DNA of 64,000 bases from Octopus vulgaris. Taxonomy: Eukaryota. The position numbers and the translations under genes are program-made. Shown here piece by piece: positions 63,372-64,000 of the stretch (position 1 is its first letter; each line of letters opens with the position of its first letter). Below the pieces are notes generated by a model that was not told where the DNA came from, did no database searches, and worked only from the letters and a program-made list of their open reading frames with translations. The stretch covers positions 22,382,001-22,446,000 of the forward strand of contig OX597830.1 in the NCBI GenBank assembly GCA_951406725.2. The letters are read 5' to 3'.

Positions 63372-64000
63372 CTATTCAATGGAAAATGGTTCTAATGTGT
63401 AACCACACTTAGACAATAATATATCACAAATATATACAAATGCTGTGTATGTGTGTAGAAATAGGTGCTTTTCTTTGAAGGTTAATAAATTCTTTGAATT
63501 CCTTATTGACAAGATAGGAAACTAGCTAAATATTCATTATTTACATTTGACGGATATTTGTCCTCATCTTGTTTGTTGTTAACACAATGTTTTGGCTGAT
63601 ATACTCTCCAGCCTTCATCAGGCATCTTGGGGAAATTTCGAACCTGGGTTCTCATTCCTAAGGTATTTTTCAATGTTGGTGTTGTTATTATTACTATTAT
63701 TATAATTATTATTCAGGTCACTGCCTGGAATCGAACTCGGAATCATCATCATCATTGTTTAACGTCCGCTTTCAATGCTAGCATGGGTTGGACGGTTTGA
63801 CTGGGGTCTAGGAAGCCAGGAGGCTGCACCAGGCCCAGTCTGATCTGGCAGTGTTTCTACAGCTGGATGCTCTTCCTAACGCCAACCACTCTGTGAGTGT
63901 AGTGGGTGCTTTTTACGTGCCAGGCGAGTCAGGCAACGGCCACGATCGGTTAGTGCTTTTTACGTGCCACCGGCATGGAGGCCAGTCGAGGCAGCGCTGG

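Overview
AT-rich animal genomic DNA. The SINE, MITE and microsatellite repertoire suggests a cephalopod, probably Octopus (inference). There are three zones. (1) About 1-17 kb is a dense nest of decayed mobile DNA: two Penelope-like (Naiad-type) retroelements, Ty3/gypsy LTR elements with tRNA-Trp PBS, a MULE transposase, a further Penelope fragment, a LINE ORF1 and a densovirus-like NS1 endogenous viral fragment. Every recognisable coding remnant is on the minus strand and SINEs are almost absent, as in a uni-strand piRNA cluster. (2) 18.2-40.8 kb holds an intact 11-exon minus-strand gene (694 aa by manual splicing) for a secreted or lysosomal PA-domain + PNGase F-like protein. (3) 53.3-63.4 kb holds the 3' ten coding exons of methionine synthase reductase (MTRR, minus strand), with an inverted intronic copy of one exon. 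Introns and intergenic DNA are full of SINEs, MITEs, Helitron remnants and palindromic elements, several with hammerhead ribozyme cores. All coordinates and translations were done by eye and no database searches were run.
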